Below the pieces are notes generated by a model that made no database searches, was not told the origin of the DNA, and was given only the letters and a program-made list of their open reading frames with translations. A stretch of 62,887 nt of DNA, filler included, from Phoronis australis (lineage: Eukaryota > Animalia > Phoronida): assembly GCA_002633005.1 (NCBI GenBank). It is 5 parts of 5 records of this genome, joined end to end, with 100 filler letters (N's around TTAATTAATTAA, not from the genome) between each part and the next. Parts side by side here need not be neighbours in the genome. Positions count along the whole stretch, not along the records: positions 44,307 to 59,596 come from NMRA01001075.1; positions 59,697 to 62,887 come from NMRA01003155.1; 3 more parts are not named here. One strand, written 5' to 3'. A program made the position numbers and the translations under genes. Numbering within the stretch: position 1 is the first letter of the stretch; every line of letters starts with the position of its first letter. Of this stretch, positions 51,733 through 62,887 are shown one piece after another.

Positions 51733-51752
51733 GCGCGCGTGCGCGCGCATAC
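51695..51752. repeat. Compound (CA)n(CG)n microsatellite
   Basis: Uninterrupted purine-pyrimidine alternation of about 58 bp. Confidence 0.92.
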
Positions 51753-52521
51753 CTTACAACAAATCCTCCTAACTGCTAAGAAAAACGTTTAAAGTTACAC
51801 CATTTTTTTGCATGAATTCAATGTAAAACTTGAACTGTTCAGTAGGAAGTAGGACTCCACACTTCCAGTCAAAAAATTACATAATTTAGTTTATAAGAGA
51901 CAAAAACGTTCAAAACACCTCTCAAAGTAAAGAAAATATGAGAACCTGCCTCAAAACCTGCTCACTCATGTAACATTGTCCTTGAAAGGCACTGAAGTTT
52001 CTGTTTGTAATTCGATAAACATGGTACAATTATAATTGGGCAGATTTCACTGCAATAGTTACAGATATTGGAACTAAGATTAACCCTGGGTGAGATGGAT
52101 ACTTGCCAGGCCGACGCTTAAATACAACATATCGGTAAATTTCACCTACACCTGTACTTACACGTACATTTGCAGGCTCAATCTGAACACAAAACCCACA
52201 GATTCACGTGGAGGATGACTAAAAGCGGACATCGCAGTTCGAGAAAGAGCAATTACTGTTTGCCACAATTCCCTGTTTCACACTTCATTTTCGTTTGGGA
52301 TATTCACAAAATTATCAGACTTGTTTGAGAGTGCAGGTTCCTGCAACCTGAAAGTATCCTCTTGTTACACTTTACATCGGCGCCGCTCAAACCAAATTGG
52401 CGATGTTACAGCCATCAACGCTTGGACTTGCAGAGGTCTGTGCCCTCCCTGTGCTTTCTATAAAGAATATAGTGCAAGCTGCTGCTCAACAGCTGATTTA
52501 AATAATTCAAATATTGCGTAC

Positions 52522-52683
52522 TGTAGCAAACGGAGCAATTCCCGCTTTCTATCCTGGCCCCAATACACTGCGCTCCACCTTCTCGTAGAGGATTGGCACA
52601 CCAGCGCTTCCTTTCACGACTACCATTACCACAAGTGACACTACAGTGCGACCACGGTTGCCATATTGTCCACTGTCCGTCCG
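52522..52683 (-). CDS. TSP1/WSC gene, exon 3: TSP1 repeat
   Basis: tttgcag|...|gtacgc, 162 bp; DGQWTIWQPWSHCSVTCGNGSRERKRWCANPLREGGAQCIGARIESGNCSVCY. Confidence 0.9.
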
Positions 52684-53264
52684 CTGCAAAGACGAGAGCA
52701 AATTTTTGAATGTCGTCCAAAGCTATCTTTGAGTTGCAAGGATGCGTGCCACTTTTACATGTGAGCGGAGTTTAAACTAATGTCCAATAAACTTGACTTC
52801 AATTTAATGCTCCGGTGTTAAATTTATAAAGAATCATAAATTGCCGACATGACTCTAAATTTGCTTCGTATAAAGTAGTGTAAAAATCAGCCTCTGTTAA
52901 GCATTTTATTATTGTTAACATTCCCATATTGCCATCATTATTTTTTTCATCACCATCACCTTCATCATCACTATTATTGTTTCAAATATAATTACTGTGA
53001 TTAATACTGCAAAACGTTTAAAACACGGGCTGGCAATGCTAGCATGCTCCTGTAAAAGTAATTTCTCGCACGTGCACTATTTCCATGTACTGCATGTACG
53101 AAATCTATGGTTGCACAAATGTCTGTGATCAACAGCCTGAACCTGTTGGAAATACATCCCGTTTGCCCTTGGAACATTTTATGTTCTCTTGATATGCAAC
53201 TAGTCTAGGCTGAATTCTCGTGGTCATCTAACAAGGAACGTATAAACATGACAGGCCGTCTTAC

Positions 53265-53540
53265 TATGTTCAGCTTTCATGATCCAGTTCGACATGTGGC
53301 CACCACAGGTTTCCTGGGACCAGGCAGCTGAACAAACTATGTTGCAATCCGCACGCGGTCGCGTTCCATAAGATGCGTAAGTTTTGCCACAGTAACAGTC
53401 GCCGCCATTTTGAACGGCAGCCAGATCATAGTTTTGTGACTTGCATTTAGACTGACATTTATTCCTTGAAACAGCTGCATTCTGTAAAATGCGATGCGGC
53501 AGATCTCTAGGGTTAGAATCGATAAAACATCCAGGAAGTT
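53265..53540 (-). CDS. TSP1/WSC gene, exon 2: WSC domain
   Basis: ttttccag|...|gtaaga, 276 bp; LPGCFIDSNPRDLP...KCQSKCKSQNYDLAAVQNGGDCYCGKTYASYG...DCNIVCSAAWSQETCGG. Confidence 0.9.
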
Positions 53541-53647
53541 CTGGAAAAGAAAAACAGCGTTGATCACGTTGACGTGGTTGCACATACATGTAGTATGTAA
53601 CAAGGTAGGATGCACACAGGGCTGCGTTCCGAAGAAGCAAGAATCTC

Positions 53648-53835
53648 AGACTGACACTTATACCTTGAGACATATTGATTTTGTAAAATGCGGTGCGCAG
53701 ATCTCTACACGGTCGGAATCGATGAAACACCCAAGAATAGCAGGAAAAGAAAGCCAGCGTTGTCCACGTTGACATCAATATGATCGCACAGAGTACATGT
53801 ATATCAGTAGACAGGGTACATAGGCGCAAGAATCT
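53648..53835 (-). pseudogene. Truncated duplicate of WSC exon 2 5' end plus upstream intron
   Basis: cttttcctg (acceptor mutated) then ILGCFIDSD.., agagatctgc.gca.cgcattttaca, ..aagtgtcagtct; frameshifted; parallels 53450-53635. Confidence 0.7.
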
Positions 53836-55041
53836 TGCGCCGGAAAACTCAAGCAAGATAACGCATGCAAGTCTTCAGGAGTTATTGCTAGGTATTAAAA
53901 CCCAAGCACTTGATTACACTTCTTTTCGACCAGTCTTGGGTGGAACCGGAACGCAGTGTGCGCATATTCCGCCTCTGGAGTTCAATTAAATCGCAATATC
54001 ACCCTGAAATGTCTGATGTTGAAATTTGAAAAAAATACAGTTGTACGCGGGTTATCGAAAAAGAGAGGTCAAGGTAAAAACCGGAAGAAACCAACAGCAA
54101 GTTGTGTAACTCTCAAAATCGAGAATGTCGTCAGATGAGCCGCAATACCACTGTACATGTGTGACAACAGATTTAAACAAGGGCTTACAGAACATCAGAA
54201 CGAAAACTAAGAGCAATGGCCACCGCGTACGATTTTTACAACAGGCTAGACTGAAGCCATGATTTAAACCTTCTCTTGACCAAATCCCTTGCCGTAATGA
54301 TTGGAATTCGCACATGCGCAGACATGAAACACATGGGAAGAGAAATTTTGAGGCTGACGTCTACTCCTTTCAAATGAGTTGCTCCAACACCAGTGACCGA
54401 AGAACATCCGAATAACGGTAAATTGCATGGAGTGGAAAACTGCTTGCATGTGATATAGTATTTCGGCAGCAAATAAACGAAATCGATAGGATTACATGGG
54501 TAATACACATACATGTATCTCATTATAAGTTAATATCTTTATTTTACAGTCGTTGATATTCGACCAACACATTTGAAAGGATAACATGTTGGTTACAAAA
54601 ATGCTCAATGTGTTCTGAATTCTCTTGGGGTCGCAACGATCAACAGAGTAGTGGTGCTGAAAAAGAACAGATTGAAAAACTTTGTTGCATCCAAGCAAAT
54701 ATTATTTTCTCTTTTGTTTTTTCACCGGGATTATTCATTTTTCTGAATTAACCTTCTATTATGGAGTTCACGATTTCGGTTTGGTCTCATTAGGGCAGCA
54801 TGGGGGTGGAATTCCTTCAACAATGTGTGAAGGTTGATCACTATGAGGTAACGAAAGTAGGTCTTACCCAATAATTACGACCAAAGCGTTTCTCAGTCTT
54901 AAATTGAAAGCGCTGAACACCCAATATCTAACGATGTAGCAACGGTATGTACATTGTAATCAACAACATTTCTATAGTCAGATGAGTTCACAAATTTGCA
55001 ATACTGATAACATAGATACGGTGTTCAACCTCATCACTCAC

Positions 55042-55218
55042 CAGGACACTCAACAGTTTCCAATGGCATCCCCAAGCAATGTCTTCCCGGAAGTGGATCG
55101 CGCCCAGTACATCTGCGCAGCCTTTTGCGTACGCCGTATAACCGACATTGGTCCCACGGGCCCCAACTTGACCACTCTCCGTAAATTTCAATTTTCTTTG
55201 CGGTCACACCAGGCTGGT
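55042..55218 (-). CDS. TSP1/WSC gene, exon 1 of those seen: divergent TSP1 repeat
   Basis: ttttgtag|...|gtgagt, 177 bp; YGEWSSWGPWDQCRLYGVRKRLRRCTGRDPLPGRHCLGMPLETVECP. The signal-peptide exon was not identified. Confidence 0.82.
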
Positions 55219-56084
55219 CTACAAAATTAGTCAGACCACGTGTATGGCGATAGAGGTGAGAGGACACATTTCGCCAGTTGCCAAAAATCTCAATACTTAT
55301 ATGAATCGACATAATTTTTGTTCTTCCTAAACCTAAGCTGATTATAGAGCACCAGGTAGCCGTATCATATTCTTTGGTGTCCATAAACCTTAATTGTTTA
55401 TTCACCTTAATATACACGTATAATTAGAGGATTTGCGCACAAGTTTGAGACAAATCAGCCGCTTTTTATAAAACTTTGAGTAATCATTGCAACGCCTGCT
55501 GTCCCATCCAACATAACAATACAAAAAATCACGAACAATCCATCAAAGGGTTTCGGAGATACAGCAGCGGGCGACAGATACCTGTACATGTAATACACAG
55601 TGCTGAAAATGAGGATGTCTGGGTATCTTGAATATAAGCGAGTATGCTCTGTCCACGGGACAATAGGAAGTGACGTATGCCACCGGATAATGGACCCCAT
55701 TCCTGGTTTTGCATCAGCCCAACTTCGAATAAGAAGACACGATTGACCTGCACAGGCTGAACTGAATATGGAGAAGGACATCATGTTTCCTGAGGTTCGA
55801 ATCCTTTGCCAAGTGGTTCACCCCACGCTCTATTGTTCACTATAAGAAAATACACGCAGGCGGAACAGTAATTAAAGGGACACACTGGAAATAATTGTCG
55901 CCTGAGATTGACTTCTTGAAGTTATAAGCTTTGACCAGTGGTCAAACTTGGGTCATTCAAAGTGATAACGTAAATAAACAATTTAGTCTTACGCTCCACA
56001 CAGCTGCTTCTGAAAACTGTAAGAAAATATTCACAAAGCTTTGCAAGACTCGGCTTATACATCAAAGAAGGTGCAGTTTCTCTA

Positions 56085-57160
56085 CCAGCGACACCGACTG
56101 TAGGTAGTAAAGTGCAGAACACTATTGACTCTGCAGAGTTGATGATATGAGATGAGCATAGATAGCGACTTATCAGTATACTCTGGAAGAAAATGGAAGG
56201 CTACTGTAGTAGCAGAGGAGGCGGAGGGCAGGTTACGGCACCGTCTGCCATGGAAGACAGGGATTAGGAATGTTTCCAGTGAAGAGGTGGAAGTCGTCAA
56301 TAGGAACAGAAAGAAGTAAAATGGTACTTGACGAAGTTAGATTCCAGGAGAATTAGAGAAGATATGCTGAAGCGGTTGGGCGGAGGAAATAGGTTGTATG
56401 GAACTGAGGATGACAGCTGCAGTGACTGTGGCAAGCGTTGTACCTAAGAACACGTTCTATCCAGCTGCAGAGAAGCTCTCACGACAAGATTCTAAAGTGT
56501 ACTGCACGTGCTTTAGATCTAGAGAGGAATAAGGTGACTAACTCTGGCAAGGCATTCATCCAATTCCACAAAGGCGGAAGATTCACTTAGAAGTGTGATT
56601 CGGGTGTTCTAGGCATGGCTGCCGACTGGAAGATTGTGGTGAATGCGTCACTAGGGGTTCATTCCCGAGCCATACAGCTGCCACCCAATTGAGACCAGAC
56701 ATTCTGTTGTGGTCAGACAGCAAGAAGATAGTGGTTTTGATTGAGTTAACTGTGCTCTGGGATACTAAGGGTACAAGAGGCTCGGGAGAGGAAACTACTA
56801 AAGAACGAAGCGCTATCGCAGGAATGTACAGCGAGTGGCTGGAAGCACTTCTGTCTTCCCAAAGAAGTTAAATGCCAAGTGTTTATTGCAGGCAGCTCTT
56901 GGTGGATGACGAAGCTACTGAGTATTTCATCAAGAGGTCGAGCTGATATGTCCAAGTCTACAATAAGAGCAGCGGAGGAAGCAACCGTGTGGCTGTGGTT
57001 ACAACGCGAAAACAAGTTACAACTCCAGTGTCGGCTGGAAGTCAGATCAGCCTTCAGAGACTTGCCATCGGAGAGGGTTCTAGGAAAAGGCTGAAATCCT
57101 AGATGAAGATGGACTGCTAGCTGACGACGCAAGGTAGCAGATACTATCATTTACAAGTAA
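56085..57160 (+). mobile_element. Degraded 3' part of an RLE-type non-LTR retrotransposon (HERO-like)
   Basis: TQLRPDILLWSDSKKIVVLIELTVLWD (restriction-like endonuclease PD..E motif) and C-terminal AAEEATVWLWLQRE. Many stops; ends approximate. Confidence 0.7.
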
Positions 57161-58829
57161 GTAAATTTCCCTTAATGAAAGTACAAATTCATCACTGCTA
57201 ATTAGTGACATAATCCGTAGAAAAAAATTAGCATGTGTAGAGTTCTTAATAACATAGCTAGACGTCTGCTAAGTTACTGTAAAGTTGAATGTAAGACAAA
57301 GTCACTTTAAGTCCTAGTAACTTAACAAAGCATGCCCCATAACTATAAACCAACAAAGGCTGTCGTTTTTTTTCTTATTTTATTACAAACTTCCACTTTT
57401 CGCCGTTTTCTGTCTGACTTCAACTGAAAGCAACGCCGATGACTGAACCACTTACCCTAATTGCGTTCGAGTGGCCATTATGGCTCCTCAAAAAGCATTA
57501 AGTGCCGATTGCGTTGCTGTTCGTGATTGCATAAAATGAATATGTAGCTGCCAAAGTCCATTAGCAAGGAAAACTATTTCTGAGATTTCCAAACTAACCT
57601 AGAAATTGTTGCTTCCATCTCGCAATGCGTATAATAGGGTCTAACCTCACCCTATACGCGTAATATCGAATTTTCATAAGGGATTGAATACGAAGATTTC
57701 CAATTTGTGAGGCAAGGATCAGAAAATGAATCAGCTGCCGCGTTGTAAGTCTCATTATCTAATTGGGGGCTGGGGGGTTCAACCACACGATATGGCTGAC
57801 CCCAACCCTTCATCCAATGATCAACATCCAAATCCATTAGCGTATAATTAATTTACAGAGAACATACATGTATTGCAGCTGATTTTGTTGGATTTCCTAG
57901 TGTGCACGTGTCCATTTACCCAAGTGACAGAACTCACACCAGTGCTCAACTGGGCTGTTTTCAGGCAAAAGCGTGAGCCGCTGTATTAAATTTTTATGTA
58001 TCGTTTTGCTTACCATAACGATATCCGTACACTTCTAGACGCATGGACTTGTGCCCAGAGTAGTCTATTGGTTTGATTCTTACATGACGTGCTGGTAAAG
58101 GTGTTGGTAACTCGATGAAACGAGTACTGCTTGTATCTGTGTTAGCTTTGAACTGAAACAGAATCCGCTCGTATTAATCAAGAAACAGGAAGTGTTCGGA
58201 TAAAAACCACATGGATCACGTGCTCAGTTACTAGTATTACGGGTGCAGCAACTGTGCTTGTGTGTAGACGTTGGATATAAGAGCCGAGGTCGTGATCACG
58301 TGATTAATACACTACTGCAGGTAGAAACTTTGGTACACTTGCCTAAGAGAATGTGTGGCCCATACTTTTCTCCCAAGACGAAACATTACTGTTTAGTCTC
58401 TAAATCACCTGCCATCTGGCTTGCGTGGTTTTGTGAGACCAGCTGTCCCCATATCACATAACTCAGGACTGCCCTTGTGTTTCAAAAGTAACCCCGCAAA
58501 CACAGCTCAGTCATTTTGCCACGCCTATTAAATGTAAACTTTACGTACGAAACTAGGAAAGGTGAATGTCTTGCTTTAGGAAAAATGTTCTGTATGGTGA
58601 ACATTTTTTTTTACTGTGATATATATTTATTGATGGATACACAGAACATACAAAGAAATAATAACAAACCCAGAAACCGCGAAGCATTTTATCTGGGTTG
58701 TAAACAATTCATAAATGAAACTTATATACATAGAGGTATATACCATTAAGTAGTATCTAAAATAAGTATTCCAATAATTAGACATGCTATTACAGATATA
58801 TAAAAAATATGTACAGATTCATGTAGGGA

Positions 58830-59090
58830 AATCAGATGCAACAATATTGATATACGGTACATAAAAATTTGCAAACGTTGCTTAGGAGGAATTCGTTGAG
58901 AACAAAGTCAAGGTTAGGACTACCATTCAGTAATAATGTAACTCTAGTAGGGATATTATTACAAGAATTGACAGCGTTAACAACTGATTGGTTATCATTG
59001 AGTGCACGTATGGTGAACATTTACAACTGCTATGACATTGTTTATGATAAAATCATGCTCTGGTGTCGAAACGCTTTTCAAAACCTTATT
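58830..59090 (-). mobile_element. LINE (CR1/L2-group) ORF2 C-terminal remnant
   Basis: TLLLNGSPNLDFVLNEFLLSNVCKFL resembles the LLxGxxxLxxxxNxxIxxxVxxFI tail of such ORF2s. Confidence 0.35.
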
Positions 59091-59596
59091 CATTTTGTTT
59101 TTAAACTGGTTCAAAACGCATAAAACGTTCTTCTACTTTGGCGACCGAAACTGACCTAGAGTGACAAGTAAAAAAATAATTTGTTCTGGTCATAGTAACA
59201 AACTTGTAAGCCATCCTCTAGTCTGTAGACGATACCTAATATGACCACGAAAGAAATCAAGACATCTTGGTGTACTTAGCACACATCAGAAGTGTTTTTA
59301 AGAGGTCCCTCGTTTATAAGAGACTTGAATGAAATAAATCAAGTTCTATTTTCTATTTGGACTCCAAATCCAAACCACTCATTGTATTCATTGTATTTCA
59401 GGAAGCGCCTTTACTGCTATTAGTCGGTGGGCCAGATCTCGTAGCGTTCATCCTTGTGAGTACTTTGGGGGGGCAACCTAGTTTTTTCTATGTGGCTAGA
59501 TAATATACCTATAAATCAAATTCCAAAAAGTTCCCACGTCTACACTTGCACATTTTTTAAAAAAAAGGTGTTTTTGTTGCACAAAATATGATGCAC

Positions 59597-59696
59597 NNNN
59601 NNNNNNNNNNNNNNNNNNNNNNNNNNNNNNNNNNNNNNNNTTAATTAATTAANNNNNNNNNNNNNNNNNNNNNNNNNNNNNNNNNNNNNNNNNNNN
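59597..59696. other. Artificial contig spacer
   Basis: N44-TTAATTAATTAA-N44. Confidence 0.97.
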
Positions 59697-59727
59697 GTAG
59701 AGTGTTTACAGCTTGGTTCAATTGTAG

Positions 59728-59831
59728 GAACTAGAGAAGAAGGTGGCCCAAACAACGCCGTACAAGAACATAAAACAGATGCTGCAGAAAAAGAACGAAC
59801 AAATTAAAGAGCTACGCAAGCGACTCGGCAA
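59728..59831 (+). CDS. LZTFL1: Leucine zipper transcription factor-like 1 (BBS17), penultimate coding exon
   Basis: tgtag|...|gtatgt; ELEKKVAQTTPYKNIKQMLQKKNEQIKELRKRLGK matches the recalled LZTFL1 C-terminus (ELEKKFQQTAAYRNMKEILTKKNDQIKDLRKRL). Confidence 0.88.
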
Positions 59832-60375
59832 GTATGTGATGTCAATCATTGTTTGGCGCGTTTGTTAGGAAATTTAAGAGAACGTTTCTTATTTTATCTC
59901 CACTGCAAAGTTAGAGAGTATATTGTATCAGGTTGTCCATTCATCTGTTCATTGGTAGGCAGGGTTATCTTTTCGATTGTTCCTCTTTCCAGAATTGTCT
60001 GGATTTTTACAAAACGTTGCGCGTTTCTGCTCGTATGTGCTTTTTGGCCAATCTGACTGCCGTGCTTGTCCTGTTGGCCTATCTAGTCACATTTTTTTAT
60101 GCTATTTCTGGGGACTTTATCGTAATCTTAATTATTAGTGATACCTGACTATAGGGGCGCTCACCAGACTACCCAAGTACCGTTCAGTACCATTTTGTTA
60201 TAATGCATAGAAGTGTGCAGTGTCTCTGATGAGGAAGGTACTGACTAGCACAGCTTACCTTTATTACTCGTTCTCGCTCAGTGTATTTACATTTTCCTGC
60301 TCGTGACGTTATTCTTATCAGTTGAGAGTATTTTTAAACTCAACTGACCATGTCAAAAACATAAGCCGTATACAC

Positions 60376-60504
60376 CTCATTCAGGTATTCTCCATTTCAA
60401 AACTGACCCTCTTTTTAGGTTAAAAAACAATGCATTACACGCTATGCATTGTTTTTAAACCTAAAAGTTGGCTCACTTTTAAAACGGCGAATACGTGAAT
60501 AAGG
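60376..60504. repeat. Palindromic MITE-like hairpin in the LZTFL1 last intron
   Basis: ttttaggtt.aaaaacaatgcat mirrored by atgcattgttttt.aacctaaaa, with weaker outer arms. Confidence 0.65.
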
Positions 60505-60707
60505 CACATATAGACTCGGTCATTCAGTCCCTTTTTCCAATTCTGTGTTTTTATAATTTTACTGGTTTAACTGAATGCAGTTATTAAGCAACTCAAAGAT
60601 ATCTCAATTGTTCAAGTATTTAAAACATGGCTTCTGACAATGTCCTGTGCCTGGGTTCCCAGAACTTTGGGTCTTGCGCTGTGGTATTCACACATTGTCT
60701 TTTTCAG

Positions 60708-60726
60708 ATACGAATCGGAGGATTAG
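60708..60726 (+). CDS. LZTFL1: LZTFL1 last coding exon
   Basis: tctttttcag|A TAC GAA TCG GAG GAT TAG = YESED*; the phase matches the previous exon and the ending resembles the vertebrate YEPED*. Confidence 0.85.
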
Positions 60727-62216
60727 AAAATCCATAGGAATTAATCTCACGTGTCCGTCCAACTCTCGACATTCCAGAAGAAGCTGTGTTTTCTATTGAT
60801 GTAAGGGCCCCATGTGCCGCCTGTGTTTGAGACAAACTACACGCATTACGTTAAGTGACAGCACTGTTATTCAGGGTCAGTCTTTGATTCATCTGAGTAC
60901 CTTATTCCTTGTAATCTGTCTGCACCGTTGCTTTTGTTTTGTATAATTTCACACATTTCTATATTTCACAGTTTGGTCAAACTCTGTGATTACTGACAAA
61001 ATGGCAGTTGTGTTTATATTCATATGGATATGGTCGTGAAATAATTTTGAGAATTGATTTTAATGACGCTTTGTAGCTTTGCAATTTTTGTGTACTTAAA
61101 TTAATTTATCTACTGATAGCCCATTTTATCCACCATACATGCGCCTATTTGACCCCAGGTGCGAATATCCGGAAAAAAAAATTGTTCAAAGACAATTTTT
61201 TACTTAAGTATTTCGCCTACTGGCTTCCAAGCTTCACTTATAAGCACATGCACCGATCTGTTATATATGTGCGCATCTTAAATGTTCTTGTCCAGTCTTA
61301 GAACTTTTCATTTAATAATTGAACATAAAGGGGCATATTCACATTTAGGGGTATGTTCACAATTTAAAAAAGTAATTGCGGGTGGTCTGGTACACGTACC
61401 AGATGTGCACAGGCCACTCAGGTGGGCACGTGGAACAATTTTTATGCTTTATCCATATGTAGTCAAAAGCGAGTTGAGGAGTTATAGACTTGACTCAGAG
61501 GACTAGCAGTGTGCTCCAGTGGGACTAAAACACATGACCTTGAGAGCAAAGGAAGTGGAAACTTATCCCACTGGGCCACACTGTCGCATGGTCCTAAATA
61601 CGACTGTGCACGGCCATGTTTTGTGTGATACGAGATGATGTGATGTGGCCTTCAGGTGGCGTGCGGACCAGACTTAAAAATGTATGCGAGTCAATCTAAT
61701 ATTGTGAAGTGTAAATTTAAAGTGGAATCTTTGTGTCAAGTTAGATGTTGGTGAAAGGGACATATGCCTGTCGTATATTTGTCGTCATATCAATATGGTA
61801 AAATCTCACCAATTTAGGAAACAATATGGCTGAAAGGTGACATCTTTTTTCTAATTTTTCCATGAAAGACATGTATCACCAAAGTAACACTTTCCAATGT
61901 TCCAGCTGTGTACCATAGCTACTGATTGTCAATATTTTCAAAAATTGTAGAAATTCAGAATCATCTTAGGAGACCATTGACAGTGAAAAAAAGTACAATT
62001 TCGGTGATTAATTTTGTCCAAAATTGGTGAGGTTTCACTGTACATACATTAGTTACTGGTCCTTTATTGAGTGTATGTCGCTGAATTTTAGTTTGTTGTA
62101 ATTCTTAATGATCTTAAACTCTTATTTTCAGTTGCTCCTTTTTACAATGTAGCTATTTTGCTTTCATTGTTTTCTATAAATGAGTAGTTTAAAAGCAGCC
62201 CTTCGTTGACACAAAC

Positions 62217-62345
62217 TTGATTAAAAATACGACTGTATTTTCTGTTGGGTAGCTCCTGTTGGATAATGGAAAACTACAGGGAATACAAAGAATGCAAGGG
62301 AGTCAGTGTCTGTGAAGCTATCCAACAGTTGTATTTTTAATCAAG
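62217..62345. repeat. Short inverted-repeat element
   Basis: cttgattaaaaatacgactg ... cagttgtatttttaatcaag with inner ctgttgg.tagc / gctatccaacag. Confidence 0.6.
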
Positions 62346-62887
62346 TTCCTGTAAATGAATGAAAGATCCGAAGATGTGTAATTTCTGTACACAAACTTAA
62401 CTGAGCAATTCATATCAAATTCAGTTGAGTTTGAAGATATTTGGAGTTGTGTTGAATGTGCATCATTTGGCCGTGGGTTCAAATCTGTTTTGTTGAAGAT
62501 TTTAACTAAAATGAAGTGGAATGAGTATGTGTTTGTTTCTGTTAATACATTGTCTGGAGCGAGGGGCTGTGACGAAAGAAAAATAGACTTAATAGTGTTA
62601 CTGATGTCAGAAAGTCATTTAAGTATATTTGTCGTTATTCAAGAATTTTTCCTTTTTCATAGTCATTGCTGTACAGTAAAACACAAAAGTAATCGGACAA
62701 AATACCATTTTTCCGTCATGGCGGCTAACTCTGTAACAGGAAAAACGACCGCTAATAACTACCAGAATGGCAGAAAGGTTTAGCCACCTTACCAACTTAC
62801 TTATTCTCCTTGGTTGACCTATCGCAAGCTTCGCCCCCTTGCGAAATGTCAACAAACAAACAAGTTTTACCCAGCAACGTGTTGTTT

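Overview
AT-rich, intron-containing animal genomic DNA (the repeat and domain content is typical of marine invertebrates); no bacterial-type system, CRISPR array or rRNA is seen. The window is five contigs joined by identical 100-nt artificial spacers (N44-TTAATTAATTAA-N44), so adjacency across the joins is unproven. Host-gene content: (i) a minus-strand multi-exon gene of alternating TSP1 and WSC domains (7 open, phase-1 exons, 55218->47014); (ii) the last two coding exons of LZTFL1 (+, 59728-60726); (iii) a lone Ig-like exon with an atypical cysteine pattern (+, 23035-23397); (iv) two exons of a dead tyrosine kinase (-, 8803-9242); (v) a candidate spliced 67-aa Lys-rich microprotein gene inside an apparent ~10.06-kb tandem duplication unit (30156-41076). 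The rest is mostly mobile-element relics: a near-intact spliced piggyBac, a Gmr1-like Gypsy, a Sola-type transposase interrupted by a retroposed insert with a 14-bp TSD, Kolobok-like and other THAP-bearing elements, a Mutator-like foldback, HERO- and CR1-like LINE ends, a probable Academ relic, MITE-like hairpins and minisatellites. All family assignments come from motif recognition by eye, not from database searches.
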